Origin: a virus
Length of the DNA: 51,598 nucleotides
Strand: one strand, 5' to 3'
Virus record (IMG/VR): IMGVR_UViG_3300045988_159957
The notes beneath the pieces are model-generated. The model did not search any database, had not been told where the DNA came from, and saw nothing but the letters and a program-made list of their open reading frames with translations. This document shows positions 15,275-23,294 of the stretch, in pieces. Position 1 is the stretch's first letter, and each line of letters opens with the position of its first letter. Made by a program: the position numbers and the translations under genes.

Positions 15275-16680
15275 CCCTCCTTGACCACATAGTCAACGAT
15301 TTTTTTCTTTGCTTGTAGGGCTTCAAGCATTTTTTCATCTATACTCTTACCCTTTCTGAGTTTCGCCAGCATTATGTAATAATACACGGGTCTTGTCTGA
15401 CCTGGACGATGTATTCTTTTTCTCGATTGCTCATATAGAGCTAATCTCCTAGGTAAGCTGTAGTATATACAATATCTAGAACGGGTGAGATCAATAGACT
15501 CTGAACCTGAGCTGTATTGAACAGCAAGCACTCTTGTCTTACCTGCTTTCCAATCATTCATGGTATCTTCTTTTCCACTCAGCTCACTACACTTCACACC
15601 CATCTTTCTACAGATTAATCTTATATTCTTAAGATCTTTTCTGTAAGCTGCAAAAACAACAATGGGTTCTTTCTCTGGAAATTGTTCAAGCAATGAAAGA
15701 AATTCCTCTCTCCTAGCATGATCTACATTGACTACAGATTTCTCCTTTGTGTCAAAATCTTCAACAACAAGATACCCAGAAGTGAGCTGTTGAAGCCTGA
15801 GAACAAGTGTTAGAGCATTTGAGGATTCCATGTATTTCCCGTTCAGTTCTGCAATTTTTTCTTTCACTATGCTATGATAGAGCTTTTCAGATTTAGTAGG
15901 TAATGTAAAGCTCCATTCAATATCTGTTTGCTCTGGAAGTTCTACAGAAGACTCAATATAGAAAGCACAGCTGTACATCTTCTCCCTTAACTTATCAAGA
16001 TTCTTGTACGGATTCTTCTTATCCAGCATTCTGAATCCCATTGCTGCAGAAAGGTCAACATCTACATTTTCATATTCATTTCTGAATTCTGTGAAATTTG
16101 TACCGAATATCTTTGGATCCAGGAATCTATATTGTGCATACACATCCACAGGGTTTTCAGCTAAAGGGGATCCTGTTACAAGATATCTGTGAGGAACTTT
16201 CTGTCCTAGCATGCTAAGATATCTTGAGCAATTGCTCCTGGGAGACTTTATTCTATGGCTCTCATCACAAATTACACAATCAATACCAAGTGTTTTTCTA
16301 AGAAACATCCGGTCAATACCATGCCTCCACACCTTTTCGTAGTTTATAATAAATACATAGATCTTATCCTGGGAAGCTGTGGTCGTGATTTTAGGAATTG
16401 TTTTAAGTTTATCAATAACTTTTGCCGTGGAAAGGTTGTTGAGCCTGTATACGTCAAATAACCCATCTATTCCGTGTATAGATATTTGCTGTTCCCACAC
16501 TTCACAGGCTTTATACGTGGCAACAACAAGAACTCTTTTGAATCTTCTATTCTGCATTAGATCTATCATGACTTTTGTTTTTCCTGTTCCCATGTCAGTA
16601 TACAAGGCAGCAGCATCCCTTTTCATGAGGTATTTTAGAGCCTTTTTCTGATGTTCCCATGGTTTTGTTTTGAATCTCAT
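15265..16680 (-). CDS. SNF2-family DEAD/H helicase
   Basis: Motif I DMGTGKT, motif II CDESHRIK, and C-terminal helicase motifs (IHRPGQTRPV). Confidence 0.9.
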   Translation of the reverse strand: MRFKTKPWEHQKKALKYLMKRDAAALYTDMGTGKTKVMIDLMQNRRFKRVLVVATYKACEVWEQQISIHGIDGLFDVYRLNNLSTAKVIDKLKTIPKITTTASQDKIYVFIINYEKVWRHGIDRMFLRKTLGIDCVICDESHRIKSPRSNCSRYLSMLGQKVPHRYLVTGSPLAENPVDVYAQYRFLDPKIFGTNFTEFRNEYENVDVDLSAAMGFRMLDKKNPYKNLDKLREKMYSCAFYIESSVELPEQTDIEWSFTLPTKSEKLYHSIVKEKIAELNGKYMESSNALTLVLRLQQLTSGYLVVEDFDTKEKSVVNVDHARREEFLSLLEQFPEKEPIVVFAAYRKDLKNIRLICRKMGVKCSELSGKEDTMNDWKAGKTRVLAVQYSSGSESIDLTRSRYCIYYSLPRRLALYEQSRKRIHRPGQTRPVYYYIMLAKLRKGKSIDEKMLEALQAKKKIVDYVVKEGWE

Positions 16681-16688
16681 AAAACCTC

Positions 16689-16844
16689 CTAGAAATACCC
16701 ATCAATGTGCTTTTCGGTATACTCTTTCCATAAGAGATGGAATTTTTCTTTATCAGACAAAGATTCAAAGAATTTCTTGTTCTTTTCTATTCTTTCTTTT
16801 CTTTCTCTGTCCTCTTGCTCTTCAACTTCTTCCAAATAACTCAT
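16689..16844 (-). CDS. Hypothetical acidic 51-aa protein
   Basis: Hand-read ORF MSYLEEVEEQEDRERKERIEKNKKFFESLSDKEKFHLLWKEYTEKHIDGYF. AGGAGG RBS and ATGA overlap with the upstream stop. Confidence 0.5.
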   Translation of the reverse strand: MSYLEEVEEQEDRERKERIEKNKKFFESLSDKEKFHLLWKEYTEKHIDGYF

Positions 16845-17173
16845 AGTCCTCCTCCTTTTCCATTTGATTGCTTGTAGAGTCTTATCACGTGTCTTGCTAT
16901 CTGTTTGAGATATCTACGTTGAGATTTCTTTAATCTGTGATAAAGTAAAAACCCTGTGGAACCGTCAAAATCATAGATTGCTCTATAATACTCACTGTTT
17001 TCTGTTTCCTCAGGGTATTTCTTCATCAGCTTCACAAGATGAGCTGCTTTCTTGTCAAAAAGCTTATCTGAAATAACAGATTCATTAAGCTCATAATAAA
17101 TAATTGAATGAACTATGATATATCTTGCTGCATAATCTATCTTTTCTTGTGGTGTAAGCTCTTTAAATTTCAT
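16841..17173 (-). CDS. Hypothetical protein; weak resemblance to the NAD-ligase Ia N-terminal helix pattern
   Basis: 110 aa with YYELNESVISDKLFDKKAAHLVKLMKKYPE. The resemblance is weak and unverified. Confidence 0.5.
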   Translation of the reverse strand: MKFKELTPQEKIDYAARYIIVHSIIYYELNESVISDKLFDKKAAHLVKLMKKYPEETENSEYYRAIYDFDGSTGFLLYHRLKKSQRRYLKQIARHVIRLYKQSNGKGGGL

Positions 17174-17174
17174 G

Positions 17175-17420
17175 TCAACTCCTAAACATTGTACATGTGA
17201 CTACTTTTCTGTTGATGACCATGTTAGGCTTCTGAAAGCAATTTCCCAAATCACCTCTGCTACACTTTACACAGAGATGCTCCTTTTCTTTTGCAGAGAT
17301 AGCTGCATTGAGAATACTCTTGATCTCACACAGTTCTTTCTTAGATTCCATGTTACCAGTTGCATCTGCATAAGCAATTTTTCCATCAATTTCTAGGATA
17401 GCTTCTTCAATCTTGGTCAA
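17175..17420 (-). CDS. Hypothetical Cys-containing protein (TTG start)
   Basis: TTG at 17420 lies 9 nt after AGGAGG. Confidence 0.45.
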   Translation of the reverse strand: MTKIEEAILEIDGKIAYADATGNMESKKELCEIKSILNAAISAKEKEHLCVKCSRGDLGNCFQKPNMVINRKVVTCTMFRS

Positions 17421-17694
17421 TTTTCAATACCTCCTTTACATCTTCTATGGAGTAGCAGATACCAACAAGAGCTCCGGCTGCTTGCCATTTCTTTAAATAC
17501 AACTTTTGCTGTTTAGTAGGTTGATACCCTGTATCTGGGCTTTTAAGTTCTATCTTGAAACATCTTCCTTTGTAGCAGCCATTGATATCTGCTCTCCCAC
17601 TCTGCTTTGCATTCCCACTTACATTCTCTGCTACACATTGAGGGAGAGAATTCAGATATCTGAGGACTTTACTCTGCAATACTGACTCTACCAT
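17407..17694 (-). CDS. VRR-NUC domain nuclease
   Basis: GRADINGCYKGRCFKIELKSP...QQKLYLKKWQAAGA gives the D...ExK core typical of VRR-NUC. Confidence 0.75.
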   Translation of the reverse strand: MVESVLQSKVLRYLNSLPQCVAENVSGNAKQSGRADINGCYKGRCFKIELKSPDTGYQPTKQQKLYLKKWQAAGALVGICYSIEDVKEVLKIDQD

Positions 17695-18083
17695 ATCTCA
17701 TCATCGTCATCATTCTTTACAAGAATAGACTCTGTGCGACAGAACCCTGCTATTGCTTTGTCATCCCAGTATTCATTTGCATACACCTTTCTTGTACTAT
17801 TGTTGAAGAGAATCTTACACTCATCAAGATTATCATTGATAGCATCAAAATGCAATCCTCTCTCCGTGCAGAACTCAACTGCAGCTTTCAGTCTTTCATT
17901 GTCTCTGCTAGTCCAGAGAATTATCTTTGCACCCTTATCAATGGCTTCTCTCACCATACCCCAAGTAGCTTCAATGGGTTCTCCAATCTCAGGAAATCTG
18001 TCCTCAACCAGAGTACCATCAAAATCAACCGCAATGATGTATGGTAACTTGTTCATTTGTTCTTTAGAAACATTCTTCTCCAT
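17688..18083 (-). CDS. HAD-superfamily phosphatase (candidate dNMP nucleotidase)
   Basis: N-terminal DxDGT motif IIAVDFDGTLVED, 131 aa. Confidence 0.65.
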   Translation of the reverse strand: MEKNVSKEQMNKLPYIIAVDFDGTLVEDRFPEIGEPIEATWGMVREAIDKGAKIILWTSRDNERLKAAVEFCTERGLHFDAINDNLDECKILFNNSTRKVYANEYWDDKAIAGFCRTESILVKNDDDDEIW

Positions 18084-18426
18084 AAATATTCAATTCCTCC
18101 TTCATTTTTCTTGTCAGCCATACTCTTAACCAGCCCTGACGATCTGTATTGCTCTCAATATACAACTCAGGGTGAGCTCTCCTGTAGAAATCTTTCACCA
18201 ATTCCTTGAGAACTTTTATATCATTCTTAGAGGACATAGCCAGATGAATATTGAAATCTTCCTTTGCCCATCTTGAAATGATATCATTAAGATCCGTAGT
18301 TTCAAGAGTTTTTTCTCTCATAAATCTCTTGTACAGATCGTCATCAATGTAAGAGATGTGCGTCCATTCTGCTCTATCATGTTCTTCATTGACAACTTTT
18401 ATGATCACTTTTCCCAACTTTGCCAT
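18064..18426 (-). CDS. Hypothetical protein (120 aa)
   Basis: ATG 18426 lies 7 nt after AGGAGG (track start 18513 is inside the upstream gene). Confidence 0.5.
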   Translation of the reverse strand: MAKLGKVIIKVVNEEHDRAEWTHISYIDDDLYKRFMREKTLETTDLNDIISRWAKEDFNIHLAMSSKNDIKVLKELVKDFYRRAHPELYIESNTDRQGWLRVWLTRKMKEELNIYGEECF

Positions 18427-19213
18427 TGATATCCTCCTGAGATTCAGTAACTTCTCTGTTCTTGAGTGATGTGTTGTAATCTCTCTCATATAAATGAAGA
18501 GATGCAGCAACATGAGTATATGTTCCCAGTTCTACTCCAAGCCGCATTGCAAGATAGATCTGAATGCAAGTGAACTGGAACACATCATTCGGGAAGCCCA
18601 TCCAAAGGTCATTGCTCCGCATGTAGGTTGTCATGCACAGTCTTCCGTCTCTCAAAAGGAACTGAAGACATACGGTACAGTTCAGATCTTTAGTAGGATT
18701 CTCAATGATATTTGTTGCTTCCTTGATGTGAATCACCGCCTGACGTGTATTCGGATCTCTCCGGAGGAGTTCTTCACACATCTTGAGCTGATCAAAAGAA
18801 CCAGTCCCATGCTTCCAATCAACAGCATTCTGTATCTTTTCTCCATAGTTGCTGTTAACAACCTCTCCATCATCACTCATTCTGTCCCAAGCCCTAGTAT
18901 AGAGCTGAATAGCTTTCAAGGTAGGAATTCCAGAAAGATACCAAAGGAGTTCACCGATACAGTATCTCATCGGCAGCTTTCTTATAGGACTTTTCAGGAT
19001 GCATCTTGTAGGATCCTCTATGGTGGTTACTGCATTGATGATTTCACCAATCACAGCCCCATCTCTGCTAGAGTCTACACCTTTGCTTTCCTGAGCTATG
19101 CACTCAATTTCATCATACCAGAATTTCCAGGCTTCATCTATATCTTTTGCGTATTTTGTTATGTTGTATGCTGTATTCACGGTTCTACAATGCCTCCTTT
19201 TGATGTGTCCCAT
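18386..19213 (-). CDS. ThyA-family enzyme (thymidylate synthase or predicted dUMP hydroxymethylase)
   Basis: YMRSNDLWMGFPNDVFQF (compare YQRSxDxxLGxPFN), NCTVCLQFLL (catalytic Cys region), SLHLYE. An alternative GTG start at 19180 overlaps the kinase stop. Confidence 0.8.
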   Translation of the reverse strand: MGHIKRRHCRTVNTAYNITKYAKDIDEAWKFWYDEIECIAQESKGVDSSRDGAVIGEIINAVTTIEDPTRCILKSPIRKLPMRYCIGELLWYLSGIPTLKAIQLYTRAWDRMSDDGEVVNSNYGEKIQNAVDWKHGTGSFDQLKMCEELLRRDPNTRQAVIHIKEATNIIENPTKDLNCTVCLQFLLRDGRLCMTTYMRSNDLWMGFPNDVFQFTCIQIYLAMRLGVELGTYTHVAASLHLYERDYNTSLKNREVTESQEDINGKVGKSDHKSCQ

Positions 19214-19644
19214 ACAAGGACATTTGGTGCTATCAAAGATTTCTCAAACATGATTGATTCAAATCTACCCTTGACTTCACTTATTGTCAGTCCATTGATG
19301 AGTGTTTCACCCCTGTCAGAAAGCCTTTCTTCAATATCCTTCTTATCTGCTGTTACATAGATCACTTTTGCACTGAAAGCCATCATTTCAACTTCCAACT
19401 TGTGAAGATTCTTGATAGAACCCAGAGGTCTTTCCTTTTCTTCCTGATACACAAACTGACCGTAACAGAATCTGTCAGCAATAACATTCTTCTCTCTTGA
19501 AGCCATGATCAGTTCATGAAAAAACCTCATGTCATTTGGTGTAAGAGTGGTACAATGAATGATGTCTGCATTCATCACTTTTGCAAGGTTATTTGCAACG
19601 GTTGTTTTTCCAGCCCCATCACATCCTTCTAATACAATCAGCAT
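19177..19644 (-). CDS. Thymidylate-kinase-like dNMP kinase
   Basis: P-loop IVLEGCDGAGKTT and a DRFCYGQFVYQ motif (the Tmk DRY/F..S..YQ pattern). Confidence 0.75.
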   Translation of the reverse strand: MLIVLEGCDGAGKTTVANNLAKVMNADIIHCTTLTPNDMRFFHELIMASREKNVIADRFCYGQFVYQEEKERPLGSIKNLHKLEVEMMAFSAKVIYVTADKKDIEERLSDRGETLINGLTISEVKGRFESIMFEKSLIAPNVLVWDTSKGGIVEP

Positions 19645-19802
19645 TTTGTTTCCTCCCTCTTTATATCAATTCTTATTACATCACGAACTCTGTATACAGA
19701 TATCTTCCCATCGGTAACTTTCAAGTCCATTCTGGGTATAGCTTTATTCTCACAGAGCAACTTATATGCATTACTTATCCATTCCAAATAATCTCTTTCC
19801 AT
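19638..19802 (-). CDS. 54-aa hypothetical protein, translationally coupled between the rSAM and kinase genes
   Basis: Hand-read MERDYLEWISNAYKLLCENKAIPRMDLKVTDGKISVYRVRDVIRIDIKREETKC. GGGAGGA RBS lies inside the rSAM 3' end. Its stop overlaps the kinase ATG. Confidence 0.5.
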   Translation of the reverse strand: MERDYLEWISNAYKLLCENKAIPRMDLKVTDGKISVYRVRDVIRIDIKREETKC

Positions 19803-19804
19803 GA

Positions 19805-20770
19805 TCATTCCTCCCATTTCTGCTTATGCCAGTTATCACCACAGAGCGGTTCACTTGTCTCTGACACTGATTTTGCAAACTCTTCGATCTTTTTAGTAGG
19901 TTCAGGCATCGTCTCTTTTCCAAGCTGATCCGGAAGCAATCCAACTCTATGAGATAATGCATTACAGCCAAGACAAGGAGTGAAGTTTCTCTTTCCAGCA
20001 TAGAGCAATATTCTTGCAGCTTTGAATTTCTTATCCTGCCAAATATCATCTATGCCTCTCTTCAGGATATTTCCGATAGGGTATTCTCCTCTAAAGTCAT
20101 TACAGCACAGAGCAACTGAACCATCATACCGGAATGTCATCTCTCTGAAAGGTCTTGCACAACGCTTACCATCATAAGAATAATCTAAAGGGGCAGCAGC
20201 ACCACAGTGATTACACAGGTGCCGATTGATTGCAGCACCCTCATCTGTCTGAATGGGTGGATTGAAGAGAATTCTGAACTTTTTATGACTAGAGCTGTAC
20301 AATGGAATACCTTTACCAAGAATTTCATACTCAAAGTCTTTGTTATCTTTGATATACTCAAGAATTTGGTGTCCATCATCTTTAGGGGTATACATGTCTA
20401 TGATCAAGTCATTAAGTCCTGCAGATTTGAGCTCAGCAATCTTGGCTTCGATGCCATCGGAATGTACAATGCCATATCCGTTGGTCATCATTGACAACAC
20501 AGCTTTGGGAAGCCTTTTTCTAAAGAGCTTTACCAATCGAACACAGTTCTTGTTAAGCGTAGGTTCTCCATGCATGCTGAAGATTATTCTGCTATTCCAT
20601 CCAACTCTAACAATTTCATCTGCTATTCTCTCTGCTGTTTCTTTTGTCATGAAATAGAATGGTTCTTTTCCTTTCTCTCTCATGCCTCTCAAACCACAGA
20701 ATCCACAGCCACGATTGCACCCCTCAGTGAACTCTACCTGAATTGAGAAAGGTCTTTCTTGAAGCTTCAT
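19805..20770 (-). CDS. Radical SAM enzyme with a C-terminal SPASM/twitch-like Cys cluster
   Basis: CNRGCGFC (CX3CX2C), plus a C-terminal CNHC...CARP...CCNDF...CLGC. ATG 20770 lies 6 nt after GGGAGGA. Confidence 0.85.
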   Translation of the reverse strand: MKLQERPFSIQVEFTEGCNRGCGFCGLRGMREKGKEPFYFMTKETAERIADEIVRVGWNSRIIFSMHGEPTLNKNCVRLVKLFRKRLPKAVLSMMTNGYGIVHSDGIEAKIAELKSAGLNDLIIDMYTPKDDGHQILEYIKDNKDFEYEILGKGIPLYSSSHKKFRILFNPPIQTDEGAAINRHLCNHCGAAAPLDYSYDGKRCARPFREMTFRYDGSVALCCNDFRGEYPIGNILKRGIDDIWQDKKFKAARILLYAGKRNFTPCLGCNALSHRVGLLPDQLGKETMPEPTKKIEEFAKSVSETSEPLCGDNWHKQKWEE

Positions 20771-20772
20771 TA

Positions 20773-21717
20773 TCATTCCTCCCAATATTCTTTGATTGCT
20801 TTTGTTCCTCTTATCTTATGGAGCTTCCGGTAGTCGATATCACCCCACATGTAGTTACCCTCTTCATCTCTGAATGAAATTCTGAGGTAATCACGAATAG
20901 GATACTTCTGCAGCATTCTATATTCATAAGCATGGAGCTCTTTCTCTGTTTCCGGAGTTCTTATAACACTATCACATTTTTCACTCACATAGTCATATGT
21001 GAGACAAGGGATATTAAAAAGAGATCCTCCGGCTTTCAGAATAACTGCACAGAACCCAATATCATCACCATGACGGTCAAATCTCTTCACATCACGGTCA
21101 ATACCAGCCTTGTGAAGCCCTTTCACATTTATAAATGTCACCTGCCTAGGAGTAGGTCCAGCATTGATGATGTACTTGAGTTTAGCATTATCCACTGCCT
21201 GACTGAGTCTCTGTCTTCTAATGTTTCCAAGATACACATCAGGGTAGTTCTTAAACACTTCTCTTGACAGCTTTGCAGCCATGAGTAACACTTTCTGCTC
21301 AAGCAGAGGATCCTTTTCTCTATCAATTTGGATCGTGTGTTTTGAGCAAAGATGACCCGTTCCGGATACCCCATCATACATGTATGCAACGTACTTGATG
21401 TCATCATCCATATCAATTATCATGGAATATTTATGCTCAACTGCATATTCATATATGAATTGACGTGTGCTCGCAAGACCATTGATCGGGTAATCCTCCG
21501 GAATCGGAAGAACATGGAATTCGGGGTTCTGTTTCTTGTAAGCTTCATATTGTTCACTCCTTACAACAATATGGATCTTTTTCTTCACTTCTTCAGAGAA
21601 TGTTCTAAAGAGCTTTGCACTCACAAAATCAGGTCTGTTATAGGACGGGCAAAATATATGTGGCATGGAGCTTACATCAAGCTCATCCAGCAGTCTTTTC
21701 ATTTTCTTTTTCTTCAT
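20773..21717 (-). CDS. GT-A-fold glycosyltransferase-like protein (DxD), function unknown
   Basis: IFCPSYNRPDF...IHIVVRSEQYEAY...MIIDMDDDIKY pattern resembles small phage DNA-glycosyltransferase/TAGT-like GT-A enzymes. Assignment by eye only. Confidence 0.4.
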   Translation of the reverse strand: MKKKKMKRLLDELDVSSMPHIFCPSYNRPDFVSAKLFRTFSEEVKKKIHIVVRSEQYEAYKKQNPEFHVLPIPEDYPINGLASTRQFIYEYAVEHKYSMIIDMDDDIKYVAYMYDGVSGTGHLCSKHTIQIDREKDPLLEQKVLLMAAKLSREVFKNYPDVYLGNIRRQRLSQAVDNAKLKYIINAGPTPRQVTFINVKGLHKAGIDRDVKRFDRHGDDIGFCAVILKAGGSLFNIPCLTYDYVSEKCDSVIRTPETEKELHAYEYRMLQKYPIRDYLRISFRDEEGNYMWGDIDYRKLHKIRGTKAIKEYWEE

Positions 21718-21730
21718 ATACTGTCCTCTT

Positions 21731-21755
21731 ACAAAAGGGGAGCAATTCGCTCCCC
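21731..21755 (-). terminator. Rho-independent terminator (minus strand) between the DUF669-like gene and the GT-like gene
   Basis: Minus-strand GGGGAGC-gaatt-GCTCCCC followed by TTTTG. The stem is 21737-21755. Confidence 0.65.
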
Positions 21756-21771
21756 CTTATTCAACTACATG

Positions 21772-22512
21772 TTATTCCTCATCCCAGTCATCATCGTCAT
21801 CTTCGTCGTCATCATCTTCCGGCTCAGGCTTCTTTTTTGCGGGAGCTTTCTTCGCAGGAGTCTTCTTTGCAGGAGCAGCCTTTTTCACAGGTTTCTTCTT
21901 GGGTGCAGGCTCTTCCTCTTCGTCATCATCCTCATCTTCGTCATCCCAATCATCGTCGTCATCATCCTCATCTTCATCCTCAGGAGGATTCATGGGAGCC
22001 TTTTTCTTGGTAGCTGTCTTGGCAGATGCTTTCTTAGTAGGTTTCTTTTTAGGAGCTTCCTCCTCTTCATCATCTTCATCGTCATCAGAATCATCTTCCT
22101 CATCCTGATCCTCATCGTCATCTTCTTCATCAGCTACAGCTGCCAGCTTCTTACATTCCTGGACTCTGGAACGGATTTTACCCTCATACTCTTCATCAGA
22201 CACGGTGATGATGCAGACCTTTCCGATCAGCTTATCCAGATCCAGTCTTACCTTGCCATCACACTTCATACCGATTGCCTGGAGCAGTCCTTTCAGCTTC
22301 CACAGAGCATTCTCAGCCAGAGGATAATTCTCGATACATCTTGCTCCCTTGTCAGATCCCTTGGTCACTTCATAAGTGACAACAATCATATCATTTCCAC
22401 CCTGAGACTGTTTCATATCAGCAGATACGATCTTTACTACATGCTGCCCCTCACTAGGACGATTGAAACTCTCAACTCCGGTGAAATCAACGTTTACTTT
22501 CTTACTTGCCAT
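21772..22512 (-). CDS. DUF669-like ssDNA-binding protein with a long Lys/Asp/Glu low-complexity tail
   Basis: The N-terminal ~125 aa (FNRPSEGQHVVKIVSA...ALWKLKGLLQAIG) look DUF669-like. The tail has APKKKPxKK blocks alternating with D/E runs and ends DDDWDEE. Confidence 0.55.
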   Translation of the reverse strand: MASKKVNVDFTGVESFNRPSEGQHVVKIVSADMKQSQGGNDMIVVTYEVTKGSDKGARCIENYPLAENALWKLKGLLQAIGMKCDGKVRLDLDKLIGKVCIITVSDEEYEGKIRSRVQECKKLAAVADEEDDDEDQDEEDDSDDDEDDEEEEAPKKKPTKKASAKTATKKKAPMNPPEDEDEDDDDDDWDDEDEDDDEEEEPAPKKKPVKKAAPAKKTPAKKAPAKKKPEPEDDDDEDDDDDWDEE

Positions 22513-22562
22513 AATTATGTTCCTCCTTAAATTTATGCAAATGCTTATAGCACATTGCTCTT

Positions 22563-23294
22563 CTACTCACCCTTTACAATACTCATGATCTTGTCATAAG
22601 TAGGGTTTACAACGATTGCAGGGATCTTTATGCTAGGATCAGTTTGGAGCTTTGTCCAATAGTAGGAATTTGCTCCAAGATGTGCGATATACCGCACAAC
22701 TTCTTTCTCTTCTCCGTTCTTCCCAACTACAGTCTTTTTCATTTTTGCCATGTGAATGCCATAATTCGCCATACCCTCAAGATATGTTCTGGCACCCTTT
22801 GTTGTGTTGGGTCTGAAGTCAGGAATAATTTCATCCTCCATACCCTCTATTGTATCATTACTCTCATGGCATGTAAGAGCAACAATATGAGTTGATGCCA
22901 CCTGATGGAAGATCTTAATCAGTTCCTCTGTTTCAACTTTCAGATCTCCCCATGCTTGCTGCGTCATCTTCTTCTTTTTCTGGATGATGTTTTGATCTAT
23001 CCAGACATTCGTGATCATGCTGAATGTATCAACAGCAACACTCTTGAATTTTCTATCTTTGATCAGCTCTTTTCCAATCTCTTTTAATTGTTCAAGAGTT
23101 TCAACACGGATAGCCTTTATTCCATCAGTGTTGGCAATAGTATTTGAACCATCATCACCAATACAGAGATACAGCATAGGCTTGGGAAGAGTTGACAGGA
23201 AGTTTGTCTTTCCAGTACCACTCTTTCCCCAAGGAACCCACAGATTCCTCTGCCCAAGATCACTTATATCAACAGCCTGTGACAGATAACTCAT
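22563..23294 (-). CDS. Sak4-like / AAA_24 RecA-fold ATPase
   Basis: Walker A GKSGTGKTNF. 243 aa, positioned between a Cas4-like nuclease and a DUF669-like gene. Confidence 0.7.
   Translation of the reverse strand: MSYLSQAVDISDLGQRNLWVPWGKSGTGKTNFLSTLPKPMLYLCIGDDGSNTIANTDGIKAIRVETLEQLKEIGKELIKDRKFKSVAVDTFSMITNVWIDQNIIQKKKKMTQQAWGDLKVETEELIKIFHQVASTHIVALTCHESNDTIEGMEDEIIPDFRPNTTKGARTYLEGMANYGIHMAKMKKTVVGKNGEEKEVVRYIAHLGANSYYWTKLQTDPSIKIPAIVVNPTYDKIMSIVKGE

Noticed and set aside
21352-22530. 392-aa plus-strand ORF, with nested ORFs at 21615..22013 and 21665..22108
   Set aside because: It is antisense to the DUF669-like gene and its D/E/K low-complexity tail. The product is poly-Ser/Phe/Leu repeats with no RBS, an artefact of codon-periodic repeats on the opposite strand.
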